From an uncultured Gemmatimonadales bacterium (GTDB lineage Bacteria > Gemmatimonadota > Gemmatimonadetes > Gemmatimonadales > GWC2-71-9), in assembly GCA_963821525.1 (NCBI GenBank), contig CAWGED010000005.1, forward strand, positions 512,001-576,000: DNA of 64,000 nucleotides, given 5' to 3'. The notes under the pieces are model-generated. The model was not told the origin of the DNA, ran no database searches, and saw only the letters and a program-made list of their open reading frames with translations. Numbering within the stretch: position 1 is the stretch's first letter; each line of letters starts with the position of its first letter. A program made the position numbers and the translations under genes. Shown in pieces: positions 54,658 to 64,000 of the stretch.

Positions 54658-56372
54658 TCAGTTGATACCGTCGAGGATCTGCTGCCACACCGACCGGGGA
54701 TTGAGACTGTGGGCCCGCTGATACCAGGTCTTGGCCCCGTTGGGGTCTTGTTCCTTCAACAATGCCGATCCCATGACGGCCGCTGCTTCGGCTCTGACGC
54801 TGTCGCCGAGCGCGGGGGTATTCCATGCCTTCTGGGCAACCTGCTTCCCTTCGGCCCGCTTCACCTCGTCATCCACGAATTCGATATCGTCGGCGAACCT
54901 GAGTACCTGGGTCTTGAGCGCACCGAGATCCACCGGCGGATGGCTCGGGGTGACCGAAGGGTTGCTAATGGTCCTGACGGAATCCCGCGCCGGCTGGGTT
55001 CCGGGATCAGGGGTGCCGGTCGATTTCGTTGTCGTTTGGCTCGCCGCAGCGAGGGAATTGGTCGTGTCCACCCGTCCGGCGACGACCACCGCGGTGGTCT
55101 CCGGCCGGGCCTGCGCGGGGAGCGAATCTACCTTCTGAATCGGCGTCCCGCCGAACAGAGTTCCGCGCAGCGCGTAGGCCCCACCAGCGAGCACGATCAG
55201 CGCCGCCGCGGCGATCGGCACGATCGGCAATCTTCTTGTACCGCCGTCCCGCCGGTCCGCCGGTCCGCTTTGTCCGCCCCGTCCGCCTTGGCAACCACCG
55301 TCTTCAACCCCTGCGAAATCCGCTGGATGTCAGGATCCACCCGGGTCGGGGGAACCGTCGCCAGCAGGCGATCCATGTCCTCCGGCTTCACCACCTGGGT
55401 CCCGGCCTCGAGATCCACTGCAGTCATGGAAGCGGTCGCCGTCGCGAGGTCACGCCCGAACTCGACCGCCGTGGCATAGCGATCCGCCGGTGAGCGGGTG
55501 AGCGAGCGGTTGAGCACGGTCTGCAGCAGGACCGGGAAGCGCAGGTCGGGTCGAGCCTGGGCCAGCGGCAACGGCTCGTCGGTGAGCCGCTTGATCATCG
55601 TCTCCTGCGCCGTATCGGCTTCGAACGGCAGCTTGTCGGTGATCATGCGGTAGAACACGAGCGCCAGCGAGTAGAGATCGGAGCGACCGTCGCAGGGGTC
55701 GCCCGAGAGCTGCTCCGGACTCATGTATTCGGGCGTGCCGACCACGAGGCCCGTCTTGGTGACCTTCTGCCCGCTCGCCTTGGCGTCGGTGGCCTTGGCG
55801 ATCCCGAAGTCCACCACCTTCACGATGTCCCGCCCGCGGGCAGTCATCACCATGATGTTGTCGGGCTTGAGATCGCGGTGGACGATGCCCAGGTCGTGAG
55901 CTGCCTGGAGTGCGTCGGCGCACTGGGTGATGATTCCGGTGGCGCGGGGCAGGGGCATCGCCCCGCCTTCATCCAGCAGCCCGCTCAGGCTTTTCCCCTC
56001 GATGTACTCCATCGCGAGGTAGATGAGCCCTTCGCGAGTCTCTCCGAAATCGTAGACCGCGCAGACGTGGGGATGGCTGATGCGGCTGGCGTTCGCCGCC
56101 TCGCGGTTGAACCGGGAAATGGCATCGGCGTCGTTCATCATGCTCTGCGCCATGATCTTGATCGCGCAGCGCCGACCCATCTTCACGTGCTCGGCCAGGT
56201 AGACCTGGCCCATCCCGCCTTCGCCCAGCTTCTTCTGGATGTGATAGCGCTCCGCGACGATCTGTCCTACCAGGTCGCGCGCCGCTTCCTGCGCCCGGAG
56301 CGGAGTGCCGTCCCTCTGGCAGAAGAGGATTTCATCGCCGTACTCGGCGCCGCATGCGGTGCAGAACTTCAC
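54658..56372 (-). CDS. Membrane Hanks-type Ser/Thr kinase (indel near 55230)
   Basis: LGEGGMG.VY, AIK, HRDLKPDN, DFGIAK, GTPEYMSPEQ; TM plus extracytoplasmic domain in a second frame. Confidence 0.92.
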
Positions 56373-57322
56373 GTCAGCTCCACCCGGAGCATCTGGTCGC
56401 CGACCAGGAGGCGGGACCCGTGCACCACCTGCCGTTCACCCCGCACCGCGATCGCCACACCGTTGCGGCTCCCCTGGTCCACCAGCACGAAGTCCGCGTC
56501 CTCGCTGCGAATCATGGCGTGCATCGCGCTCATCGAGGTGTCGTAGGGGAATTGCCAGTCTCCCGACTCCCGCCCGATCCTGATCGAGCGGCCCGGTGAA
56601 AGGTGAACGATGTCTCGCGGACTGCCATCGGCCCGGATCTGGGCGAGGTTGGCAATGTCGGCGTTAGGGGTGAGACTGCCGAGCCGCCGAGTCTGGTCTT
56701 GTTCGGGGGGACGGGGACCGGGGTACCCGAGCCGGCGATAGCGAAATACCTGGCTCCCGATGAGAATCATGTCGCCATCAACCAGCCGGTGCGGCTGGTC
56801 GGTGTAGAGCCAGGTGCCGTTCTTGCTGCCCAGGTCGCGCACGCTGGGAATGCCGTCGAGCAGGAGGAACTGGGCGTGCACCGGAGAGAGGTATCCGTCG
56901 TCAGGGAAGTTGATGTCGGCTCCCTGCCGTCCGACGGTGGTGACCGAGTTGAGCAGCGGGTACCGCTGGGTGGTAGCTCCGCCCCGGTCGAGCAGCAACA
57001 GCTCGGCTCCCTTGCCTACTTTCTTGGTCGCGAGTTGGAAGGGAGACGCAGGGTCGGGCGGCGGTGCCGCTATCGCTGTTCCGCAGGCGGGACAGAACGC
57101 GAAGCCCTGATCGTTGGGCCGGCCGCAGTTGGGGCAGGCGCGGCCCGCCGCGGCGGTGGTGAGCCGCTTGCCGCACTTGCCGCAGAAGGGCAGGTCGCTT
57201 TGAACCGGACTCCCGCAGGAGGGACACGGGGCCATGAGAGGCGCGCTCACAGGCGAGTGTGCCCGGGTACCCGGCACACCACCGGAGCCTCCGCGCGGCG
57301 GTTCCGGAGGTCCTGAAGTCAC
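56369..57322 (-). CDS. Double zinc-ribbon plus two FHA domains
   Basis: Four CxxC pairs; two VGR/IGR..S..HA..D.GS.NG motifs; start may be ATG 57235. Confidence 0.85.
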   Translation of the reverse strand: MTSGPPEPPRGGSGGVPGTRAHSPVSAPLMAPCPSCGSPVQSDLPFCGKCGKRLTTAAAGRACPNCGRPNDQGFAFCPACGTAIAAPPPDPASPFQLATKKVGKGAELLLLDRGGATTQRYPLLNSVTTVGRQGADINFPDDGYLSPVHAQFLLLDGIPSVRDLGSKNGTWLYTDQPHRLVDGDMILIGSQVFRYRRLGYPGPRPPEQDQTRRLGSLTPNADIANLAQIRADGSPRDIVHLSPGRSIRIGRESGDWQFPYDTSMSAMHAMIRSEDADFVLVDQGSRNGVAIAVRGERQVVHGSRLLVGDQMLRVELT

Positions 57323-57500
57323 CGGATCTCCCGGAGCATCAGGCGGCCTTCGTGATACCGACCTTGGTGCGCCGGCCTCATGAAATCGCGACGGACCTCA
57401 GTGTGAGGAAAGAGGAGTTGTCGGGGAATCTAGGAATGGCCAAGGAGAGCGTCAACAGAGCGCTTGGCGTAAGTCATAGTGCTGGTGTACCTTGGGCGAC

Positions 57501-59537
57501 ATGACAGTGAAAAAAGTCGCGCTTCTGATGCTGATCACGGCCTGCGGCTCTTCTTCCAGGCCATCACCCACGCCGAGCCCGGCGGCAGGCGCTGCACCGG
57601 CGGGTGGCGCCGCAGCGGTCAGGACGGATCGTCCCGACACGATCGGAACCAAACTCCCACCGGTCCCTGCGGCGCGCGGCCCACTCGCAATCAGCGTGAT
57701 TTACCCGTCGGCCAGCGACCTGGTCGATGCGCGGGATTCCAATTTCATCTTCGGGTCACTCGGCACCGGCGAAGCGACGCTGTTCATCAATGGTCGCGCC
57801 GTGCCGGTTGAGCCGAATGGTACCTGGATCGCATGGCTCCCGTTGCCGGCCGATTCAGTACTCCAGTACGACATCACCGCCCGCACGGCGACCGACTCGG
57901 CGCACCTCGTCTACACCGCGAAACGACTCTTTCGATTTGCCCCGCCGGCTCAGGGCGTCTGGATCGACTCCACCTCGATCACTCCACGGGGCAATGCGTG
58001 GTGGCCGTCGGATGAGTTTCTGCCGGTGAGCGTTCGCGCGGTGGAGGGTGCGGAAGTGCGGGTGCTGCTCCCCAACGGGACCATCGTCCCGCTCAGGCCA
58101 TCTCCTCAGCCGGAACAACCCAGCTGGGGCGTGCGGGCCTTCGATCGGGACACGACGAACCTGGCGATGCCGCGTCGAGCGGATAGGTACGTAGGAGCAA
58201 TCAGAGGCGTGGCGGTCGGGGAGAATCCAGGGCCATTGCTCGGCGGACAGGTCGGACAAGTCGGACAGGTCGGACAGGTCCCCTCACCCGCCCAGTCCGT
58301 CTCGCCCGTCCTGTCCGCCTCGTCCGCCACAGTTGAAGCAATCATCGGCCCCGACACCGCCCGCGCCACCTGGAATCTCCGGCTCGCTCTCCTCGACAGC
58401 ACGCCGGTCATCGTGGAATTCAACGACGACACGGCGCACAAGGGAGACACCGACAGCCTCACGATCGGGCGCACACGGCCGGGCGCCACCTATCACTGGT
58501 TCATGCCCACCGGCACGCGCACCGTCGCGACCGGACGTTTGGGCGAGGATCTCAGGGTGAGACTCTCGAAGGGAACCGAGGCCTGGGTACCTGCGGCGGA
58601 TGCGCTCCAGCTCCCCACCGGGACGCCAGCGCTCCGGGCGACAGTCAGCTCAGTCACCGTCACTCCCTTCACCGACCGGCTCTCGCTCCGGGTCCCCCTA
58701 TCGCAACGCATCCCCTTCCGGGTCGAAGAGGGGGAGAAGCAATTGACCCTCCGGCTCTACAACTCGCTGGGCGATCTCGACTGGATGCGCTACGGCGGGA
58801 CCGATCCCTACCTGAAGCGGATGAGCTGGGAGCAGGAGAGCAACGACGAAGTCACCATCCGGCTCGACCTCGCCGGACCGGTCTGGGGTTATCGCACCAG
58901 ATGGAGCGGGAACGATCTGATCTTCGAGGTGCGGCGGCCACCGCACATAGATAAGGATTCCCCGCTCGAAGGCAGGCGAATCGTGGTTGATCCGGGGCAC
59001 CCTCCGGCCGGTGCGATGGGACCGTCCGGTTTCCGTGAGGCACAGGCGAACCTCGCCGTAGCGCTCAAGCTCAGGGAACTGCTCCAGGCCAAGGGCGCGC
59101 AGGTGATCATGACCCGCAGCACCGATTCCGCGGTTGATCTCTGGCCCCGGGTCAAGCTCGCCGACACGGTGAACGCGGAGCTTTTGGTTTCGATTCACAA
59201 CAATGCGCTGCCCGATGGCCTGAATCCCTTCACCAACAGCGGATCCAGTGTCTTCTACAACCAGCCACGCAGCGTCCCCTTAGCGATGGCGGTACAGCGG
59301 GCACTGGTTCGGCGGCTGGCGATTCGTGATCTGGGGGTGAGCCGGGGAGATCTCGCCCTGGTCCGGCCGACCTGGATGCCGTCCATCCTGACTGAAGGGC
59401 TGTTCATGATGCTCCCGCAGCAGGAGGCGGCGCTCCGGTCGGAGGCGGGACAAGCGATGTACGCTCAGGCCGTTTTTGATGGAATTGAAACGTTCCTGCG
59501 GGGTGTGGCGGGGGAGGGGGGTGCTGACGTCCCCTAG
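57501..59537 (+). CDS. Lipoprotein N-acetylmuramoyl-L-alanine amidase (Amidase_3)
   Basis: Lipobox ITA-C; IVVDPGH, EAQANL, MTR, VSIHNN, PSILTEG. Confidence 0.88.
   Translation: MTVKKVALLMLITACGSSSRPSPTPSPAAGAAPAGGAAAVRTDRPDTIGTKLPPVPAARGPLAISVIYPSASDLVDARDSNFIFGSLGTGEATLFINGRAVPVEPNGTWIAWLPLPADSVLQYDITARTATDSAHLVYTAKRLFRFAPPAQGVWIDSTSITPRGNAWWPSDEFLPVSVRAVEGAEVRVLLPNGTIVPLRPSPQPEQPSWGVRAFDRDTTNLAMPRRADRYVGAIRGVAVGENPGPLLGGQVGQVGQVGQVPSPAQSVSPVLSASSATVEAIIGPDTARATWNLRLALLDSTPVIVEFNDDTAHKGDTDSLTIGRTRPGATYHWFMPTGTRTVATGRLGEDLRVRLSKGTEAWVPAADALQLPTGTPALRATVSSVTVTPFTDRLSLRVPLSQRIPFRVEEGEKQLTLRLYNSLGDLDWMRYGGTDPYLKRMSWEQESNDEVTIRLDLAGPVWGYRTRWSGNDLIFEVRRPPHIDKDSPLEGRRIVVDPGHPPAGAMGPSGFREAQANLAVALKLRELLQAKGAQVIMTRSTDSAVDLWPRVKLADTVNAELLVSIHNNALPDGLNPFTNSGSSVFYNQPRSVPLAMAVQRALVRRLAIRDLGVSRGDLALVRPTWMPSILTEGLFMMLPQQEAALRSEAGQAMYAQAVFDGIETFLRGVAGEGGADVP
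58242..58328. repeat. In-frame inverted nonamer element inside the amidase CDS
   Basis: (GKCGGACAR)4 ... CAGTCCGTC TCGCCCGTC CTGTCCGCC TCGTCCGCC; 87 nt; same termini as 30327-30424. Confidence 0.8.
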
Positions 59538-59559
59538 GCACACACGCCAAACAGAGCGA

Positions 59560-61785
59560 ATGATTCCTGGTTTCCTCCGCCGTAAGGGCGCGCCGCTGTT
59601 CCTCCTGTTGTTGATGGGAGCGGTGCATCCCCTTGCGGGCCAGTCCCCCGAGGATCGCGCCGCCCTCGAGAAGTTCCGGGACTCTCTCCGGGCGGTGGAT
59701 GACACCACTGCCTTGGTCAAGCTCGAAGCCCGTCTCATCGACGTGGCAAAGGCGGACCGGGACAACGCGATGAATCACCTGCGCCTGGGGTTCGTGGCGC
59801 TGCGGACCGCGGACCTGGGTAGCAAGTCGCGCTATGACGACGCCGCGGGCGAGTTCCAGTGGGCGACGGACCTCCAGCCGCAGTGGCCCTGGGGTTGGTA
59901 TGGAGTGGGAATCGCCGAAGACGGTGTGGGCGACTCCCAGATCTCGCTGGTCGCGGGACTGCAGGCGATGTTCGGCAAGGATCACCTGACCCGCGCGGCC
60001 AATGCCTACACCCGTTCGATCCAGGTAGACCCCTCGTTCGTGCAGGGCCTGGTCGAGCTCTCGGCCACCGCACTCCGGCAACGCATCAACATCAAGATTG
60101 ACGTCGCGCGGGAAGCACTCCGGCAGGCGGCAAACACCTCGGCCTCGTCCAGTCCCGAGGTGTTGTTGTATCGGGGACGGGTGGAGCGCGAAGTAGGCGA
60201 CATCGACTCCGCCGTTGCCGCCTTCAAGACCTACATCGAGAAGGGCGACAATCACAGCCTGGGCCAGCTCGAGCTGGCCCGCGCGCTCTTCCTGCAGGGT
60301 ACTCTGGACGGGCAGCCGGCCTACTACGAAGGTGCGGCGAGCGATGACCCGGTGACGGTCAAGGAGTATCGCTCCGACCTGGCCGTGATCGCGTCGGACA
60401 GCGCGCTGGCCGAGTTCGACGCGCTGGCGGGACCGAACCGCGCCGGATTCCTCCACCGGTTCTGGTCCGAGCGGGACCGTGCTGACTTACGGAAGGACGG
60501 CGAACGGCTCCGGGAACATTACCGCAGGATCTACTACGCTCGGCAGCACTTCCAGCTGGTCAGCAACAACCGGCACTACGACATCATCGAGCGATACCGC
60601 TCCGGCAGCCGGGATTACGACGACCGCGGCATCATCTATATCCGCCACGGCGAGCCCAACGCCCGCGCCACGTTCAGCCGCCCGGGGATGGAGTTGAATG
60701 AATCCTGGCGCTACAACCGCCCCGACGGCGACCTGGTCTTCCATTTCATCGCGCGGGAAGACGTCCAGGACTTCAAGCTGGTGGAAAGCCTGTTCGACGT
60801 GCTGGGCTTCGAGGGCGCTACCGCGATCCGGGGTACCGACGTGAGCCTGGTGGCGAACGAGTTGCTCCTGTCCCGGGAGAAGCTCTCGCCGGTCTACAGC
60901 AAGCTCCTGGGCGGCGGCGAGGCCGCGTCTCAGCGGTATCTCACCGAAGAACGGAAGATGGGGCGCGAGAGCATCCTGATCGGGACCACCACCGACAGCT
61001 ACGAGCTGCGGTACCCGCGCTCACTCGAGGTGAACACGTCGGTCGCCGTGGTCGGCCGCGATTCGGTGAACGGCCTCTTACATCTCTCTTACGCTCTCCG
61101 CGGCTCGAGCCTGCAAGGCGTCGCCTCGCCGAGGGGGCAGGTCTATCCGGTCCGCCTGCGCCTCAGCATCGCGGACGCGCGCGGCAACACGGTGGCGCGG
61201 GTAGACACGACTCGCCTCTTCGTCGCCCAGGTCGCGGTGCCGGAGCGTGAGTTCCTGGTGGGCCGGGTTTCGGTGCCGGTGCCGGCCGGCCGCCTGAGTT
61301 ATCGCGTGGCGCTGGAAGAGGGAGACGATCGCGGGCTGCTGATGACTCCCGATACCATCACGGCCGGCGACTTCAGCGGCAACAGCTTTACGCTGAGCGA
61401 TCTGGTACTGGGCACGCCGATGGCGCGCGTCTTCTGGCGGCCGACGGCGGACGATACGGTCTACTTCAATCCGATCGGCACCTTCCGCAAGAGCGCGGCG
61501 ATGGATCTGTACTACGAGGTCTACGGCCTGTTCCAGGGTGCGGGATACAAGACCGAGGTCGTGGTCGCGAAGGACGGCGGAGGCGGCCTGTTCGGGATGT
61601 TTGGCGGCAAGAAGGCCGCGATCAAGCTGAACTTCGAGGATCAAGCCGAAGGACCGCTCACCCGGGTGCACCGGAGCATCGGCCTGGAGAAGCTCTCCGG
61701 GGGCAAGTACTGGCTCGAGGTCACGGTCACCGCCTTCAACGGCAGCCAGCAGCGCTCGAGGGCACCCTTCGAAGTCCGAGAATAA
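59560..61785 (+). CDS. Secreted TPR plus GWxTD-like domain protein
   Basis: FW..RD...ERLREHYRRI.YA..HF, DDRGIIYIRHGEP, ESWRY. Confidence 0.75.
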   Translation: MIPGFLRRKGAPLFLLLLMGAVHPLAGQSPEDRAALEKFRDSLRAVDDTTALVKLEARLIDVAKADRDNAMNHLRLGFVALRTADLGSKSRYDDAAGEFQWATDLQPQWPWGWYGVGIAEDGVGDSQISLVAGLQAMFGKDHLTRAANAYTRSIQVDPSFVQGLVELSATALRQRINIKIDVAREALRQAANTSASSSPEVLLYRGRVEREVGDIDSAVAAFKTYIEKGDNHSLGQLELARALFLQGTLDGQPAYYEGAASDDPVTVKEYRSDLAVIASDSALAEFDALAGPNRAGFLHRFWSERDRADLRKDGERLREHYRRIYYARQHFQLVSNNRHYDIIERYRSGSRDYDDRGIIYIRHGEPNARATFSRPGMELNESWRYNRPDGDLVFHFIAREDVQDFKLVESLFDVLGFEGATAIRGTDVSLVANELLLSREKLSPVYSKLLGGGEAASQRYLTEERKMGRESILIGTTTDSYELRYPRSLEVNTSVAVVGRDSVNGLLHLSYALRGSSLQGVASPRGQVYPVRLRLSIADARGNTVARVDTTRLFVAQVAVPEREFLVGRVSVPVPAGRLSYRVALEEGDDRGLLMTPDTITAGDFSGNSFTLSDLVLGTPMARVFWRPTADDTVYFNPIGTFRKSAAMDLYYEVYGLFQGAGYKTEVVVAKDGGGGLFGMFGGKKAAIKLNFEDQAEGPLTRVHRSIGLEKLSGGKYWLEVTVTAFNGSQQRSRAPFEVRE

Positions 61786-61789
61786 GAAA

Positions 61790-61954
61790 GCGGGAAAAGG
61801 GAACAGGCAACGGTTTTTCAGGGCGGATTGTTCCACTGGAACAGCTGTGATCGAAAGTGGGGCGTTCTTCTCTGAGTTGTCCTGTTCCCTGTTCTCTTTC
61901 CCTCTCGTCTTCCGACTCGCTGTTCCCGTTCCCTCCCTGTTCCCCGTTCCCGCT
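61790..61954. repeat. Inverted heptamer array (GGGAACA)n / (TGTTCCC)n
   Basis: GCGGGAAAAGGGAACAGGCAACGG ... CCTGTTCCCTGTTCTC..TGTTCCCGTTCCC..TGTTCCCCGTTCCCGC. Confidence 0.75.
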
Positions 61955-62009
61955 CTTGGTAGGATGTTCGCCCCTTGAACGACTGGGATTCCCCGCCTAG
62001 CTTCGGGCA

Positions 62010-63986
62010 ATGTTCTGCTCCCGGTGTGGGCAAGAAGTCCAGAAGGCGACGCAGTTCTGCCCATCCTGCGGTCTCGACCTCAGGGTCACGACTCCCATCC
62101 AAGCCATCGCGACCGGAGACGTCACCGAACTCGACATAGTTCGGGAGGCGTTGCAGGGCGAGTACGAGATCCTGGAGGAGCTGGGCCGCGGAGGCATGGC
62201 CATCGTGTACCGCGCGATGGACAAGCACCTGGGCCGGGAGGTGGCGGTCAAAGTGCTGCCCTTCTCGCTGGCCTTCGACGCGGACTTCGTCGAGCGCTTC
62301 CAGCGCGAGGCGCGCACCGCGGCACAGCTCGAGCATCCCAACATCATCCCGATCTACCGGGTCGGCAAAGCGGGACGCGTCATTTACTTCGTCATGAAGT
62401 ATCTGCGCGGATCGTCGCTCTCCAAGATGATGTCCGAAAGGCCCAAGCTCACACCCACCGAGATCCAGAAGATCCTGGTGGACGTGGGAAACGCCCTGGG
62501 ATATGCCGCCGCCCGCGGCACGGTGCATCGCGACGTGAAGCCCGACAACATCATGTTCGACGAGCACGGGCTCTGCGTCGTGACCGACTTCGGCATCGCC
62601 AAGGCGGGCAGCGGCCAGCGGCTCACCGGTACCGGCATGTCGATCGGCACGCCGCACTACATGAGCCCGGAGCAGGCGCGGGCCCAGCCCATCGACGGCC
62701 GGAGCGACATCTATAGTCTGGGGATCGTCGCTTACCAGTGCCTGGTCGGCGAGGTGCCGTACGACGGGGAAGACAGCTTCTCGATCGGCTACAAGCACAT
62801 CATGGAGCCGATCCCGTCGCCCCCGCTGCATACGCCGGAGGAGAAGCGGCTCTTCGAGATCATCCGCAAGATGATCATGAAGGACCCGGTGGATCGTTTC
62901 CAGGATGCCGAAGAGCTGATGCGGGCGCTGGAGGGCCAACCGTTCAGCACCCTCCGCCGCCCCTCCCTGTCACAGGTCGGCATGGCGGCGCAGGCCACCT
63001 CTCCGCTGCCGACCTCTCAGGAAGTCCAGCCGGTTGGCCGGCCGAGCGGAGCAACCCCGGGTCGGCCGATCACCCCAAGGTCGAGCACTCCGATCCCGGT
63101 CCGGCAGAGCGGCAAACGCCGACCGGTGGCGCAGCGATCCATCGCCCAGGCGCCGAGCCGGGAGTTTCCCGTGGGATGGATCGTGCTGGTGCTGCTCCTG
63201 GCAGGCGGGGCGCTGGGCTTCTTCTACTATAGGAATAGCCACTCCGCTGATGCGACCGCGAAACCGACTCCGGCTGATACCACAACACCGGTGACCCGGG
63301 ACCCGGCCGCCCTGGCCGAATCAACGAGGAGGGCGGTTGACTCGGTGCTCGCCGCCCATGACTCCACTCAGGGTAAGAGTCCCACGGACACGGCGGACAC
63401 ATCGCCAATCGTCGGTCCGGTCGTCAGCGATAGCGGCGGGCTCCGGCTCACCAATCTGCCCAAGGGCAGCACGGTCATGGTGGACTCGAAGCCGCTGCTC
63501 GAGCCCGAGACCCGTCTCCCCGTCGGCGCGCACGAGGTCGCGATCTCGGCGCCGCGCTACACCTTCTTCACCGACACCGTAGACATCGCCGCGGGGCAGA
63601 TGCTGGTCTTCGCCCCGGAGCTGGTCCCGATCGGGACGGCTCCGAATGCCAAGCCGACGCCACCGGCCGCACTCGATTGCTCGGCGCCGAGTCAGGCGAA
63701 CCGGTACGGGCGCGCTTGTTACGACAAGCCGCCGCTTCCGGACGGGCCGTCCAGAGTCCCGCTCACCGATGACATCACGGGCACGCCGTCTCCCTCAGTG
63801 CTGCTGGTAAAGGTTTCGGCCGATGGCCGTACCGTCAGCGTCCAGACCAACACGCCGTCCAACAGTGCGGCCTTCAATAACCTCGCGATCGCCTTTGCCA
63901 AGAATCTCAAATGGCAGCCGGCGGCCAAGAACGGCACCCCGGTCGAAGGCTGGACCCAGTTCGCCTTCTATCCTTCCGAACGCTGA
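62010..63986 (+). CDS. Zn ribbon - Ser/Thr kinase - TM - PEGA-like - TonB C-terminal domain fusion
   Basis: FCSRC..FCPSC; LGRGGMA, HRDVKPDN, DFGIAK, GTPHYMSPEQ; TM; LPVGAHEVAISAPRY; VSADGR...AFNNLAIAFAKNLKWQPA.KNGTPV. Confidence 0.88.
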   Translation: MFCSRCGQEVQKATQFCPSCGLDLRVTTPIQAIATGDVTELDIVREALQGEYEILEELGRGGMAIVYRAMDKHLGREVAVKVLPFSLAFDADFVERFQREARTAAQLEHPNIIPIYRVGKAGRVIYFVMKYLRGSSLSKMMSERPKLTPTEIQKILVDVGNALGYAAARGTVHRDVKPDNIMFDEHGLCVVTDFGIAKAGSGQRLTGTGMSIGTPHYMSPEQARAQPIDGRSDIYSLGIVAYQCLVGEVPYDGEDSFSIGYKHIMEPIPSPPLHTPEEKRLFEIIRKMIMKDPVDRFQDAEELMRALEGQPFSTLRRPSLSQVGMAAQATSPLPTSQEVQPVGRPSGATPGRPITPRSSTPIPVRQSGKRRPVAQRSIAQAPSREFPVGWIVLVLLLAGGALGFFYYRNSHSADATAKPTPADTTTPVTRDPAALAESTRRAVDSVLAAHDSTQGKSPTDTADTSPIVGPVVSDSGGLRLTNLPKGSTVMVDSKPLLEPETRLPVGAHEVAISAPRYTFFTDTVDIAAGQMLVFAPELVPIGTAPNAKPTPPAALDCSAPSQANRYGRACYDKPPLPDGPSRVPLTDDITGTPSPSVLLVKVSADGRTVSVQTNTPSNSAAFNNLAIAFAKNLKWQPAAKNGTPVEGWTQFAFYPSER

Positions 63987-64000
63987 ACAATCATCGATGC

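Noticed and set aside
52159..57322. T6SS PpkA/PppA/Fha module
   Set aside because: No tss genes in the window and the domain architectures differ

Overview
GC-rich bacterial chromosome segment, most likely Gemmatimonadota (inferred from gene content and protein style, not from a search). 1-10.1 kb holds the S10/spc ribosomal protein operon (rpsS 3' end to rplO, then secY, adk, map), with an extra truncated lipoprotein ORF between secY and adk. The middle carries housekeeping and envelope genes: trpS, a degenerate PilT, purA, a YpdA-like reductase, four minor type IV pilins, glyQS, a ubiquitin-like small protein, HDAC, Ala-Glu epimerase, priA, a TonB receptor, a TIGR00300-like enzyme, fur, ccdA and an ABC exporter. 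Next are a ggt/murQ/anmK/IclR/cyanophycinase-like/SusC/SusD uptake locus and a Ser/Thr phospho-signalling block (double-FHA, Hanks kinase, PP2C, FHA-trypsin; amidase, GWxTD-like protein, kinase-PEGA-TonB_C). About 20 genes, including essential ones, are split by single-base indels, which points to uncorrected long-read errors rather than pseudogenes. The most unusual non-gene signal is about 16 hairpin elements built from inverted arrays of tandem 7-mers or 9-mers with different units at different sites. They usually start at a stop codon, and one sits in frame inside the amidase gene. No tRNA, rRNA, CRISPR array or transposase was recognised.
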